Assembly (NCBI GenBank): GCA_964016885.1
Contig: CAXHJY010000519.1
Coordinates: 74,119 to 138,118, forward strand
Source of the DNA: Eledone cirrhosa
Lineage: Eukaryota
Length of the DNA stretch: 64,000 bases
Reading direction: 5' to 3'
Shown piece after piece: positions 23,975 through 36,487 of this stretch (within the stretch, counting starts at the first letter, position 1; each line of letters begins with the position of its first letter). The translations under genes were made by a program, and so were the position numbers. The notes beneath the pieces were generated by a model. It was not told the origin of the DNA and did not search any database. It worked only from the letters and a program-made list of their open reading frames with translations.

Positions 23975-26880
23975 TTTCAAAAATTGCGCATCTGGCCAAG
24001 TCTTTAGAATAGGAATTCAGATTAGGGTGTGCCCAGGACAAAGACAATGAAAAAAAACAACAACAAAAAAACGGGCAGTCCCATTTCTTCAGCCAACCTC
24101 TGAAAATCAAGAGAGCTTTGGCCTGGGCAAACATCCCTCAACTTTGGAACCGTCTGGGTTGTCCAGAATTGATGGGAAAAGACCTGACAGTCTTACCCTA
24201 TGATGCTTTGTCCCAGATGCTTTGTCTGGGACGTCACAGTTAGTGATTCTTTTGCTTCTTCCCAGCGGTAGGGCGAGAGCTACAGCATCCACAGCCGAAC
24301 GGAACACCGTGATCTGTTGGCTAACTACATTTTCCAACCTGTGACATTCGAGACGGTTGAAGGAGTCGGGCTACTGACTGTGAGATTCTTATCTTCACTG
24401 GTGACTCACCTAACATAGGTAACTGGTGATGCTCGAGAGGGCGCTTGGTTGTTCCAGCACCACAGCCTCGCCATCACCCAAGGTAACTGGTTATGCTTGT
24501 GAGGGTGCTTGGTTTTTCAAGCACCCCAGCCTCGCCATCACCCAAGGTAACTGGTGATGCTCGAGAGGGCGCGTGGTTGTTCCAGCACCCCAGCCTCGCC
24601 ATCACCCAAGGTAACTGGTTATGCTCGAAATGGCGCTTGGTTGTTCCAGCACCACAGCCTCGCCATCACCCAAGGTAACTGGTGATGCTCGAGAGGGCGC
24701 TTGGTTGTTCCAGCACCACAGCCTCGCCATCACCCAAGGTAACTGGTTATGCTCGAAATGGCGCTTGGTTGTTCCAGCACCACAGCCTCGCCATCACCCA
24801 AGGTAACTGGTGATGCTCGAGAGGGCGCTTGGTTGTTCCAGCACCACAGCCTCGCCATCACCCAAGGTAACTGGTTATGCTCGAAATGGCGCTTGGTTGT
24901 TCCAGCACCCCAGCCTCGCCATCACCCAAGGTAACTGGTTATGCTCGAGAGGGCGCTTGGTTGTTCCAGCACCTCAGCCTCGCCATCACCCAAGGTAACT
25001 GGTTATGCTCGAGAGGGCGCTTGGTTGTTCCAGCACCTCAGCCTCGCCATCACCCAAGGTAACTGGTGATGCTCGAGAGGGCGCTTGGTTGTTCCAGCAC
25101 CTCAGCCTCGCCATCACCCAAGGTAACTGGTTATGCTCGAGAGGGCGCTTGGTTGTTCCAGCACCTCAGCCTCGCCATCACCCAAGGTAACTGGTTATGC
25201 TCGAGAGGGCGCTTGGTTGTTCCAGCACCCCAGCCTCGCCATCACCCAAGGTAACTGGTTATGCTTGTGAGGGCGCTTGGTTGTTCCAGCATCTCAGCCT
25301 CGCCATCACCCTAGGTAACTGGTTATGCTCGAAATGGCGCTTGGTTGTTCCAGCACCTCAGCCTCGCCATCACCCAAGGTAACTGGTTATGCTTGTGAGG
25401 GCGCTTGGTTGTTCCAGCACCTCAGCCTCGCCATCACCCTAGGTAACTGGTTATGCTTGTGAGGGCGCTTGGTTGTTCCAGCACCTCAGCCTCGCCATCA
25501 CCCAAGGTAACTGGTTATGCTTGTGAGGGCGCTTGGTTGTTCCAGCACCTCAGCCTCGCCATCACCCAAGGTAACTGGTTATGCTTGTGAGGGCGCTTGG
25601 TTGTTCCAGCACCTCAGCCTCGCCATCACCCAAGGTAACTGGTTATGCTTGTGAGGGCGCTTGGTTGTTCCAGCACCTCAGCCTCGCCATCACCCAAGGT
25701 AACTGGTTATGCTTGTGAGGGTGCTTGGTTTTTCAAGCACCCCAGCCTCGCCATCACCCAAGGTAACTGGTGATGCTCGAGAGGGCGCGTGGTTGTTCCA
25801 GCACCCCAGCCTCGCCATCACCCAAGGTAACTGGTTATGCTCGAAATGGCGCTTGGTTGTTCCAGCACCACAGCCTCGCCATCACCCAAGGTAACTGGTG
25901 ATGCTCGAGAGGGCGCTTGGTTGTTCCAGCACCACAGCCTCGCCATCACCCAAGGTAACTGGTTATGCTCGAAATGGCGCTTGGTTGTTCCAGCACCACA
26001 GCCTCGCCATCACCCAAGGTAACTGGTGATGCTCGAGAGGGCGCTTGGTTGTTCCAGCACCACAGCCTCGCCATCACCCAAGGTAACTGGTTATGCTCGA
26101 AATGGCGCTTGGTTGTTCCAGCACCCCAGCCTCGCCATCACCCAAGGTAACTGGTTATGCTCGAGAGGGCGCTTGGTTGTTCCAGCACCTCAGCCTCGCC
26201 ATCACCCAAGGTAACTGGTTATGCTCGAGAGGGCGCTTGGTTGTTCCAGCACCTCAGCCTCGCCATCACCCAAGGTAACTGGTGATGCTCGAGAGGGCGC
26301 TTGGTTGTTCCAGCACCTCAGCCTCGCCATCACCCAAGGTAACTGGTTATGCTCGAGAGGGCGCTTGGTTGTTCCAGCACCTCAGCCTCGCCATCACCCA
26401 AGGTAACTGGTTATGCTCGAGAGGGCGCTTGGTTGTTCCAGCACCCCAGCCTCGCCATCACCCAAGGTAACTGGTTATGCTTGTGAGGGCGCTTGGTTGT
26501 TCCAGCATCTCAGCCTCGCCATCACCCTAGGTAACTGGTTATGCTCGAAATGGCGCTTGGTTGTTCCAGCACCTCAGCCTCGCCATCACCCAAGGTAACT
26601 GGTTATGCTTGTGAGGGCGCTTGGTTGTTCCAGCACCTCAGCCTCGTCATCACCCTAGGTAACTGGTTATGCTTGTGAGGGCGCTTGGTTGTTCCAGCAC
26701 CTCAGCCTCGCCATCACCCAAGGTAACTGGTTATGCTTGTGAGGGCGCTTGGTTGTTCCAGCACCTCAGCCTCGCCATCACCCAAGGTAACTGGTTATGC
26801 TTGTGAGGGCGCTTGGTTGTTCCAGCACCTCAGCCTCGCCATCACCCTAGGTAACACTGCGATCGTGCTGGCTTGCCTCA
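23975..26880 (+). mobile_element. Decayed 3' end of a CRE-like (restriction-like endonuclease) non-LTR retrotransposon, interrupted by its own tandem amplification
   Basis: IKRALAWANIPSTLEPSGLSRIDGKRPDSLT...WDVT...PVTFETV...TGDAREGAWLFQHLSLAITLGNTAIVL. Confidence 0.8.
24417..26855 (+). repeat. 64-bp minisatellite, 38 units, with 19-unit (1216-bp) higher-order duplication
   Basis: aggtaac at 24417 and 26849 are 38x64 apart; the variant pattern starting at 24493 recurs at 25709. Confidence 0.95.
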
Positions 26881-27951
26881 AAAACTGTGAGAGAGTTTTC
26901 CCAGTACTCCTTGCTATACTGTTATCTTTTGTTCTGGTAGTGGCTCATTTGTCAACCCCTTTCGCCTGCCTTTTGTTGTATGTGGTCCTAGATGTGTGTA
27001 TTACCTGCTTGTGTGTTTCTTTCTCTTTCTTTTTTTCCTTTCCCTTTCCTTTGTATATATTATATTTGTTTGTGTTTTCATTCTGTAAGCATTATATTAT
27101 CATATTTTTATACAACTACAAATTTTACTTATATATGATTGTTCTTCGATAATCAATATATAAGACCTCGTCGATGTGTGTGTCTGTTATAGAGTAATGA
27201 AACACGTCCAGTGCTGCGTTCGTCGCTTTTACTCTGCAGACCTACGATCAAAAGCGTTCCAGCCAACACCGAACCTTTTAACTTAATTTGTAGGAAATTT
27301 GGCTGCTATTTTTAGCAGCAGGTGAAGCGTTGCTGTACAATAGTTTGTGGGCTAGGTGTTATTGGTTTATTCTCAGGATGAATCCCGAAGCAGCTACAGA
27401 TTGCCCACCCACGGTAACCGTGTGTCTAACGACCTCTGAATAACTTGGTTGGGCGTCCTAGAGCAGAATAGAGCCTATCAATAGAACGTGCTGGATTGCC
27501 TTAGTGAATATATTCTTTGAATATGCTCAGAGACGGTCAGCTTTGAGGCTGTTCCCATTAAACTGGGTTTCCAATATCCCTATATGATTGAAAGGAAATA
27601 ACAGTTGTCTCCCTTGATAATAGATCTATTTCTTTCACATCGGAAAGAAGGAATATGGACCCTGGATGTCAATATAAGGTTTCAGGTACGTTTGTCAGTC
27701 GTGATTGAGCAGACAATTAGCTAGGGACGTTCCAGGAGTGACTATCTCGTCTTATTTTGAAACAGTGTATCTCGGACTATATTATCCAATGGGTCCTTAT
27801 TTTAATAAAAACTGTAAAGGGCTATTTGAGAAAGACGTTTGTCTTAATATTAGTAGCCTGGACGACTACGTAGGGACACCTCATTGACTACTTCTTCTTT
27901 ATAAGCACAAATAAAGAAAAGTAAAACAACAACAAAAAAATTAACTAGAGA

Positions 27952-27995
27952 TGGAACCACCGGAAATCGAAACCGGCACGTTGTGCATCTCAAGA
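27952..27995 (-). pseudogene. Degenerate tRNA 3' half
   Basis: Reverse complement ...GTGCCGGTTTCGATTTCCGGTGGTTCCA (T-arm CCGG/CCGG, ...TCCA) followed by a T-run. Confidence 0.45.
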
Positions 27996-28065
27996 AAACG
28001 TTTATATACATATAAATGTATGCGCATGCATGCACCAACATGTAGAAAAAAAATCATAGTAAATA

Positions 28066-28074
28066 AAAAAAAAA
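28066..28074 (-). terminator. Pol III oligo-T terminator of tRNA-Ala
   Basis: A-run on + strand is a T-run about 10 nt downstream of the tRNA. Confidence 0.75.
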
Positions 28075-28084
28075 TAGCTTTCAC

Positions 28085-28157
28085 TGGAGAATCCGGGCAT
28101 CGATCCCGGTACCTCTCGCATGCTAAGCGAGCGCTCTACCATCTGAGCTAATTCCCC
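28085..28157 (-). tRNA. tRNA-Ala (anticodon AGC), 73 nt, intronless
   Basis: GGGGAATTAGCTCAGATGGTAGAGCGCTCGCTTAGCATGCGAGAGGTACCGGGATCGATGCCCGGATTCTCCA; full cloverleaf, G3:U70, upstream TATA-like tract near 28185-28195. Confidence 0.97.
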
Positions 28158-28777
28158 ACCATTTAAATAACCGCTGAACTAGTCTATATATATATTCTAT
28201 TTAAGTATGTTGTTTTGGCGGGTGTTATTTCTTAACTAAATATTACATTTTTAATAATTATTACTATATAATTAAAGATTTATTGTTATAGTTATTATTA
28301 GAAGTCTTTATATGTTTATTATTTCTATATTATAGACGTGTTAGTTGTCTTAGTTAGTGTGACTGCCTTTCACCATGTGACAGTAGCTACTGGTCTTTCT
28401 TTTCCTCGCTACAATCCGTCATTGTCTCAGTATCACGCAGCATTTGTCTACTTTATAACATTATATATTTATATTTACATTATAAACTTACAAACACACA
28501 CAACCAAAACCGGGGACGACATGCATACTTAATTACACGCCTAAACACGAGACGTTGTAATAAATTTTGAGTAAAGTCACAGACTTGTTAGAAATTCCAG
28601 TGAGTGCGGAGAGATATTATAACACAGTAGCACTTAAACTTCAAGGCATAGCTTATCAAGAGTTACCTCCCGTGATTTCTACAAATGCCTTTTATATTGT
28701 ACGCACACATGTACACACTAAAAACTACAGAAACATACACATATAGAACACACACACACATGCACAGAAACGTACAT

Positions 28778-29090
28778 GACTGACTGGCACTCCGTCGGTT
28801 ACGACGATGAGTGTTCCAGTTGATCCGATCAACGGAACAGCCTGCTCGTGAAATATACACTTGAAATATACACTGAGCATTCCACAGACACGCGCACACT
28901 TTAACGTAGTTCTCGGGGAGATTCAGCGTGACACAGAATGTGACAAAGCTGGCTCCTCAAATTACAGACACGATTCATTTGTTTGCCAGCTGAGTGGACT
29001 GAAGTAAAGTGTCTTACTCAAGGACACAGAACACCGCCGGGAATCGAATTCCCGACCTTACGATTGTGAGCCAAATGCACTAACCACATA
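28778..29090 (-). mobile_element. tRNA-derived CORE-like SINE
   Basis: Reverse complement gtggttagtgc...ttcgattccc...gtgtccttgagtaagacactt followed by a family-specific body. Confidence 0.75.
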
Positions 29091-29184
29091 TACGGAGTTC
29101 TTTCTAATGACCGTTTGCAACAGATTTCTGTCTCTAGGAGTCTTTGCCTGATATTTATAAGCTATTTTATAGCAATACCAGGGA

Positions 29185-29385
29185 TTGTCCGGGCACTTCC
29201 TCTTCACGCTGGTCGCCATTGAGACCTCAGGCGTACTTGGACCCTGTACTGCTGAGAACCTCTGCAGGATCGGAACATCAACAGTTAGTTTGAGGAAGGA
29301 GCCCCATGAGGTGGGGTGGCTGTTGCACTGGGTGTCGTTGGCCATTGTCCGTGGGAATGCTTTTGAGGTTGTGGGGGGGCAGCTC
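29185..29385 (+). mobile_element. Second, divergent CRE-like endonuclease C-terminal fragment
   Basis: FTLVAIETSGVLG...KEPHEVGWLLHWVSLAIVRGNAFEVVG. Confidence 0.7.
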
Positions 29386-29452
29386 CAACACCACCGCACC
29401 CATCTACACACACACACATATATATATAGAAAAACAAAGAAAAGAATCCCCA

Positions 29453-29495
29453 GTCACTGAAGAGGTCACAGAATGTGTGACGAAAGAACTTTGAC
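29453..29495 (+). ncRNA. Type I hammerhead ribozyme motif (family 1)
   Basis: GTCA-CTGAAGA-G-GTCACA gaatg TGTGAC-GAA-AGAACT-T-TGAC. Confidence 0.6.
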
Positions 29496-29856
29496 AATAT
29501 ATGAACAACCGTCCGGTTATGGAACCAACCAACCAACCAACCGGAAATTTATAAATTCTTCAATTTATAAATTTAATTTATAATAAATTGGAGTGAAAGC
29601 AACTGGTGCATGTGTTTTTTATTGGCAACATGACCCTCCCAAAGTATAACAATATCGGTTTCAACACACGTTTTCAGATAAAGAATCTTGCTAAACAAAT
29701 TCAGAAACGAAATATATATATATATATCCAAAGGTTTATTTAATTTGTTGGGATTCAACAAGCTTAAACATTTTTATAACTAATATAAAGCACTCAACAG
29801 GATAGTGGAGTAAATATACAATATATTAATAAATGGAAACTATATTTATAAAACTG

Positions 29857-29922
29857 TATTTTATCTGATGAAAGTGCACCATAATTTACCTTGGTGGCCC
29901 TTGAAATATATATAATAAAATA
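29857..29922 (+). ncRNA. Type I hammerhead ribozyme motif (family 2)
   Basis: TATTTTAT-CTGATGA-AAGTGCACCA...TGGTGGCCCTT-GAA-ATATATAT-A-ATAAAATA. Confidence 0.65.
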
Positions 29923-29954
29923 ATTATGGTTTTATAAATATAGTTTCCATTTAG

Positions 29955-30143
29955 GGCGGTGGATTGGCAGTATCGGTAAGGGTCGGACGCCATGCTTTGA
30001 AGCATAGAGTTACCTCCCTTTATGATCTGAGTTCAAATCCCGCCGAGGTTAACTTTGCCTTTCATCCTTACGGGGTCGATAAAATAAAGTACCAGTAATG
30101 CACTGGAATAATTGCTGGCCTTGTGCCAAAAGTAGAAACAATT
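29955..30143 (+). mobile_element. SINE family A
   Basis: Full-length match to family A. Confidence 0.9.
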
Positions 30144-30508
30144 AATATATTGTGTATATATATATATGATGATGATGATATATATCCTCAAAGGGAAAGC
30201 ACAATCAACCATAGGCAGTCATCTTTGTTTTCCATTTTTCTCATGACAGGCTGTAGAAATAGGGCCCAGAACCCAACGAAACTTGAGTACCTCTTTATGT
30301 CACTTGTAATTATTTATATATATATATATATATATATCCAACTATGAGATTTTGATATTACTTATTTTGAGAACAATACCTGAACATTAGTATGAGTGGC
30401 TGGTTACAGCCAGTTTGAACAGAAAGAGGTGAGAGAATTCTGGCCAGATATGGCCTGTTTAGATGCTAAAGGGTTAATAAATAGAAAATATCTTTATAAT
30501 ACCATATT

Positions 30509-30568
30509 TATTTTATTATACGTATTTCAAGGACACTAAATTTTAGTGTGCTTTCATCAGATAAAATA
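30509..30568 (-). ncRNA. Type I hammerhead ribozyme motif (family 2)
   Basis: TATTTTAT-CTGATGA-AAGCACACTAAAATTTAGTGTCCTT-GAA-ATACGTAT-A-ATAAAATA. Confidence 0.7.
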
Positions 30569-30955
30569 TAATTATTTCTACTTTTGGCACAAGGCCAGCA
30601 ATTATCCAGTTCATTACTGGTACTTTATTTTTTCGACCCGGTAAGGATGAAAGGCAAAGTTAACCTCGACGAGATTTGAGGTTGATAAAATATAATATAT
30701 GATGTTAAGATATTGACTTCATCATCATCATCATCGTCATCGTTTAATGTCTATCTTCCACGCTAGCATGGGTTTATACTATTAAGTTTACACTAAGGTA
30801 TGTCAATAAGAAAATAAATATGGTATTATAAAGATATTTTCCATTTATAAATATTGTTAATATTAATAATACTCCAGATAAATTCTGTAGAGTGCTTCAT
30901 ATCTGTTATAAAATTAATTCTGTTGAATAATAATCAGCAAACCATATAACTCATT

Positions 30956-30993
<38 letters not shown>

Positions 30994-31011
30994 ATGATAT
31001 ATATATATTTA

Positions 31012-31353
31012 TGGAGGCACATGGCTTAGTGGTTAGAGCATTGGGCTTGCAATCGAAGACCGGGTGATGTGTTGTTTCATTGAGCAAGAAACTTTATTTC
31101 ACATTGCTCCAGTTCACTCAGCTGTAGAAATGAGATGATAGGCACTGGGGTCCCTATCATTCCACTGCAAAGTGGTCGTGGAGGTGCCACGGGGGAAAAG
31201 CACCCAGCCCACACTGTAAAAATGGACGTGTACAGCACTGACTGTAAATGAGGTTGGTGTTAGGAAGGGCTTCCAGCTGTAGAAATCAAGCCAGAATCAG
31301 TTCCCGTCCCACCCTTGCAAGCAGGGAAAAGCAGACGTAAAATGAAATGATGA
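31012..31353 (+). mobile_element. SINE family B
   Basis: Similar to 19681-20034. Confidence 0.85.
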
Positions 31354-31654
31354 TATATATGATGATACTGATGATATATATATAGGAGTGTTTATATGTT
31401 TGTCTCTTGTATCTCACATATACCCATCCTCTCTTTCTCTCTCAACTGCCCTTTTTTTTCTTTATTTGTCTTTATTTGTTTCTATCCTGATATTCCAATC
31501 ACAGAATATGCCAACAATATCTTAAACATCTGTTTGATATTAAACAGATCGATAATTCATTTCAAACGTCGTCAAACAACGACATTTATTTCTGTATTCA
31601 TATATTTATTCTCTGTCTTTTAAAATGTGAAGCCCTCATATTGTCCCCCCCCCC

Positions 31655-31792
31655 CCCCTCTCTCTCTTTCTCAATTGCTTTCTTTCTCTTTCTCTCTCAA
31701 TTTCTCTCTCTCTCTTTCTCAATTGCTTTCTTTCTCTTTCTCTCTTTCTCAATTTCTTTCTTTCTTTCTGTCTCTCTCTCTCTCTCTCAATT

Positions 31793-31823
<31 letters not shown>

Positions 31824-31896
31824 CTTTTTTTCTCTTTCTCTCTCTTTCTCAATTTCTTTCTTTCTTTCTTTCTGTCTCTCTCTCTCTCTCTCAATT

Positions 31897-31927
<31 letters not shown>

Positions 31928-32090
31928 CTTTCTTTCTCTTTCTCTCTCTCTCTCAATTTCTTTCTTTCTCTCTCTCAATTTCTTTGTTTCTCTTTCTCTT
32001 TCTCTCTCTCTCTCTCAATTTCTTTCTTTCTTTCTCTGTCTCTTTCAATTTCTTTGTTTCTCTTTCTCTTTCTCTCTCTCTCTCTCAATT

Positions 32091-32170
<80 letters not shown>

Positions 32171-32280
32171 TCAATTGCTTTCTATCTCTCTCAATTTCTT
32201 TCTTTCTCCCCCCTCTCTCCCTCTCAATTTCTGTCTCTCACTCTCTCAATTTCTGTCTGTCTCTCTCTCTCTCCCTCTCC
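31655..32280. repeat. (CT)n/(CTTT)n microsatellite punctuated by caattt
   Basis: Directly visible. Confidence 0.95.
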
Positions 32281-33676
32281 CCACTCTCATTCCACTAACA
32301 ATGTTGTCTTCCCTCCTCCAGATCAGAGATCGTAGTTCATCATAAGATGCAATGCTGTAAATATATTACAAATATGATTACAAGTTTTATCGTCTTTACA
32401 GCTTGTCAGTTTGAAAGGTAAAACCATATCAAAACAATTATCTCTCAGCTTTTAAACACAGACTGATGTTCGACATCAACACCGCCACCGATGCTGGCTG
32501 ACAGCTACTCCACTGTTGTCTGTTTTGACAAGAATTAGCAGAGATTATACCTTCTTTGATCACATGTACAACCATTTGCTTTTAAGGTGTTAAGTATAGA
32601 TAATTTCTCACACAGTCTTATTTATTTACTTATACTCTCACTAACTGAGGAGTTTAGATACCCTAGTAGAGTGTATGGAAGTCGCAAATTGGTAGAGTCA
32701 CTCGAACGTCAGATAGAATGTTTTGTGGCATTCATTTCAGCTCTCTGATCTCTCAATTCAAATCTTGCCGAGGTAAACTTTGCCTTTCATCCTTTCGAGG
32801 TCGATAAAAGAAGTACCAGTGTAGTACTGGGGTTGATTCTTCCTTTGTATCTCTTTCTCACTTCCTCTCTCTCACTTTCTATCTTTCTCTGGAAGAAATC
32901 TGTTGTACTGGAGAGGGATGGGCTCCATCAGGGTTAAAATACCCAAGAAAAACCATGTATCAATATGGAACCCCTACGATTCCATCAGGAATTCTGGGAC
33001 AAGAGAGAGTGCTGCGTATGAATAATTCTTATTAGTATCAGATAGCATTGATTTATGACCTTCCTATGTTCTGAGTTCAAATTTGCCTTTCCTCCTTCTG
33101 AGGTTAATAAAATAAAGTACCAGTAATTCACTGAGGTCAATTTAATTGACTTTCCCCTTCCCTCAAAATTGTTGGCTTTGTGCCTAAATCAGAAACCAGT
33201 ATCAGTGTTGGATGGTATATAGTTATGACTACATTCTGAGTACAAATCCTGTTGAGGTCAACTTTGCCTTTCATCCTTCCGAGGTCATTAAAATAAAGTA
33301 CCAGTTAAGTACTGGAGTCAATATAATGAACTTCCCCTTTCCTTCACATTACTGGCCTTGTACCAATACTAGAAAGAATTATTAGTGTTAGACAAAAGTG
33401 GTGGATTGGCAGAATCATTAAAATCAGAGGTATCATCCATGCGTAACCCATCGCCATACCAACGTAGACTTCTCTCTTGCATACTACAGCTTATTCCTCT
33501 TATACACAATTTCTCTCTCAACTCGTCCATGTTTGGTTGAAAATAAATAAAAAGAGCTCTCGTAATACTCCTCCATAACACAAAACTGAACTGCATCTCA
33601 TTTAATTTGGCTCTTACCCTAATTAGTTGTACTAGAACTATTTATGTCACTTTCATAACTTCGTTTATTATTCATT

Positions 33677-33985
33677 CGGTGGATTGGCAGTATCGGTAGA
33701 GGGTCGGACGCCATGCTTTCCAGCATAGTTACGTCCCTTTACGATCTGAGTTCAAATCCTGCCGAGGTTGACTTTGCCTTTCATCCTTACGGGGTCGATA
33801 AAATAAAGTACCAGTAATGAACTGGTTATTTGCTGGCCTTGTGCCTAAAGTAGAAACAATTATTATTTTGAGTTCAAATCCCGCCGAGGTTGACTTTGCC
33901 TTTCATCCTTACGGGGTCGATAAAATAAAGTACCAGTAATGCACTGGGAAATTGCTGGCCTTGTGCCTAAAGTAGAAACAATTAT
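33677..33985 (+). mobile_element. SINE family A with tandem 3' duplication
   Basis: Core occurs twice; TSD attattcattc. Confidence 0.85.
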
Positions 33986-34109
33986 TCATTCTATATTACC
34001 TGATTGACTATGTAGGTAACTAGTTTGACTCCTACCTCTCCTGATACTTTTAGCATCTCAGAAACTATCTCTGATAGTGCAGCAGCTTTACCATTTTTCA
34101 TCTCCTTAA

Positions 34110-34330
34110 CCCTTTAACATTTACATTACTCTATATAAACTATTATATTTCTGTGGCAAAGGCTTTATCTCACATAATTATCTCACATAATATCGAATCT
34201 AGGAGATTTTGATATCATTTATTTTGAGAACAATACCTTAACATAAGTATGAGAGGCCAGTTACAGCTGGTTTGAACAGAAAGAGGTGAGAGAATTGTGG
34301 CCGGATGCGGGCGGTTTGAATGCTAACGGG
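34110..34330. mobile_element. piggyBac-like MITE, uninterrupted copy
   Basis: TTAA-CCCTTTAACATTT...AATGCTAACGGG-TTAA. Confidence 0.8.
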
Positions 34331-34460
34331 TTAACAGCATTTTTGACTTATAAATGTCAATTTCAGGCCAACTGAATATGCACGTGTTTTTTTTCTCATT
34401 TTCCCCATTCCTTTCTCTCATCACTCTTTATTTTCTATTTCTTTTCTATTTCTAACTCTA

Positions 34461-34496
34461 TCTTCTGATGAAGGACTAGTGTCCGAAACGTTAAGA
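34461..34496 (+). ncRNA. Minimal type I hammerhead ribozyme motif (family 3)
   Basis: TCTT-CTGATGA-A-GGAC tagt GTCC-GAA-ACGT-T-AAGA; decayed copy with GAAA>AAAA at 40636-40671. Confidence 0.7.
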
Positions 34497-34624
34497 CTCT
34501 CTTTCTGCTATTCAAGCATTAAACTAATATATTTCTTCCATCTACTGTGCCATTTGTTTTGTTATTTCTGTTTACCTTTTACACACACTCACACACACAC
34601 ACATATATATATATCTACACTAAA

Positions 34625-35580
34625 GGGGTCATGTAGATGACATGACAAAAAGCACCCAGTCCACACTGTAAAGCGGTCACGTAGGTGTCACGGTAAAAAG
34701 CACCCAGTCCACACTGTAAAGTGGTCGTGTAGGTGTCACGGTAAAAAGGCTCCCAGTCCACACTGTAAAGTGGTCATGTAGGTGACACGACAAAAAGCAC
34801 CTAGTCCATCCATACTGTAAAGTGGTCTTGTAGGAGACATGTTAAAAAGACTCCCAGTCCACACTGTAAAGTGGTCATATAGGACACATGACAAAAAGCA
34901 CCCAGTTCACACTGTAAAGTGGTCGTGTAGGAGACACAGTAAAAAGGCATCCAGTCCACACTGTAAAGTGGTCGTGTAGGAGACACAGTAAAAAGGCATC
35001 CAGTCCACACTGTAAAGTGGTCGTGTAGGAGACACAGTAAAAAGGCATCCAGTCCACACTGTAAAGTGGTCGTGTAGGAGACACAGTAAAAAGGCATCCA
35101 GTCCACACTGTAAAGTGGTCGTGTAGGAGACACAGTAAAAAGGCATCCAGTCCACACTGTAAAGTGGTCGTGTAGGAGACACAGTAAAAAGGCATCCAGT
35201 CCACACTGTAAAGTGGTCGTGTAGGAGACACGGTAAAAAGGCATCCAGTCCACACTGTAAAGTGGTCGTGTAGGAGACACGGTAAAAAGGCATCCAGTTC
35301 ACACTGTAAAGTGGTCGTGTAGGAGACACAGTAAAAAGGCATCCAGTCCACACTGTAAAGTGGTCGTGTAGGAGACACAGTAAAAAGGTATCCAGTCCAC
35401 ACTGTAAATGTGGTTGTTGTTAGGAAGGACATCCAACCGTAGAAAACCTGCCAGAAACAGTTTTGTACGAGCGAGACACTTTCACCTGACCAATCTTTCC
35501 TCAAGTGGGACAAACCCGTCCAACCCATGCTAGAGTGGAAGGTGGACGTTAAACAATGATGATGATGATGATGATGGTGA
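34625..35580 (+). mobile_element. Family C element with expanded internal 49-bp array (about 16 units)
   Basis: Unit ccagtccacactgtaaagtggtcgtgtaggagacacagtaaaaaggcat, then normal family C 3' end. Confidence 0.85.
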
Positions 35581-36264
35581 TATATACCTTTTGATATTAT
35601 GTACTTGTATTTAATGATTGTTTCACCAGAGCATTTCAAAATGTTTTTGCATAATGCCCTTATGCCAAATAAATAAAATTGTGATTGTTATTTTTGTTGT
35701 TGTTGTTGTTGTTGCTGCAGCTGTTGTTGTTGTTGTTGTTGTTGTTTCCATTTATTTTCTTACCTTAAAAATAAAATTTCCGAAGCTAATCCTACTAACA
35801 GAGTGACATGATTGGAACGACAGCAATAATGGTGGGTAGTGGTGTAAACCATGTCAGTATGTTGTGGTATTAGTTGAGTTAAACAGATTAAATAGTGAGT
35901 TGAATCGATGGAATGGGGTGTGGGGTGGGGGGTGGGGGCAGTTGTGTTCAGGTCGAAAATCCATTTAAAATTTTTGGAAATATACAAAAGAACAGAAGAA
36001 AACCCTCCCCTCCCCCCCAAACAACTGAAATTAAAGTGAGAAATACCAAGTATTATAAGAAAAAATGTATTTGATGTATGAAATAGTTTTGTGTCTTGTG
36101 AAACATTTTCATTTTTTTTTAACCCCCTCCTCCTGCTGCTCCTCCCCCTTCCCCCTCCTAATCATCATCATCATCATCACCATCACCGCTGCCACCACCA
36201 CCACCAACAACAACACCACAACCACCATCACCAACACCACCATCACCACCACCATCTCCACCCC

Positions 36265-36302
<38 letters not shown>

Positions 36303-36380
36303 CCGCTGCCACCACCACCACCAACAACAACACCACAACCACCATCACCAACACCACCATCACCACCACCATCTCCACCC

Positions 36381-36411
<31 letters not shown>

Positions 36412-36487
36412 CAATAGTAGTAATGTTAGTAGCAGCAGTTTTATATATTTATTCTATTTTAAATTGCTAAGTCCTTGGCGGATAACA

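Noticed and set aside
24417-26855. 64-bp array as a CRISPR array
   Set aside because: No unique spacers, no cas genes, eukaryotic context; units are contiguous near-identical copies
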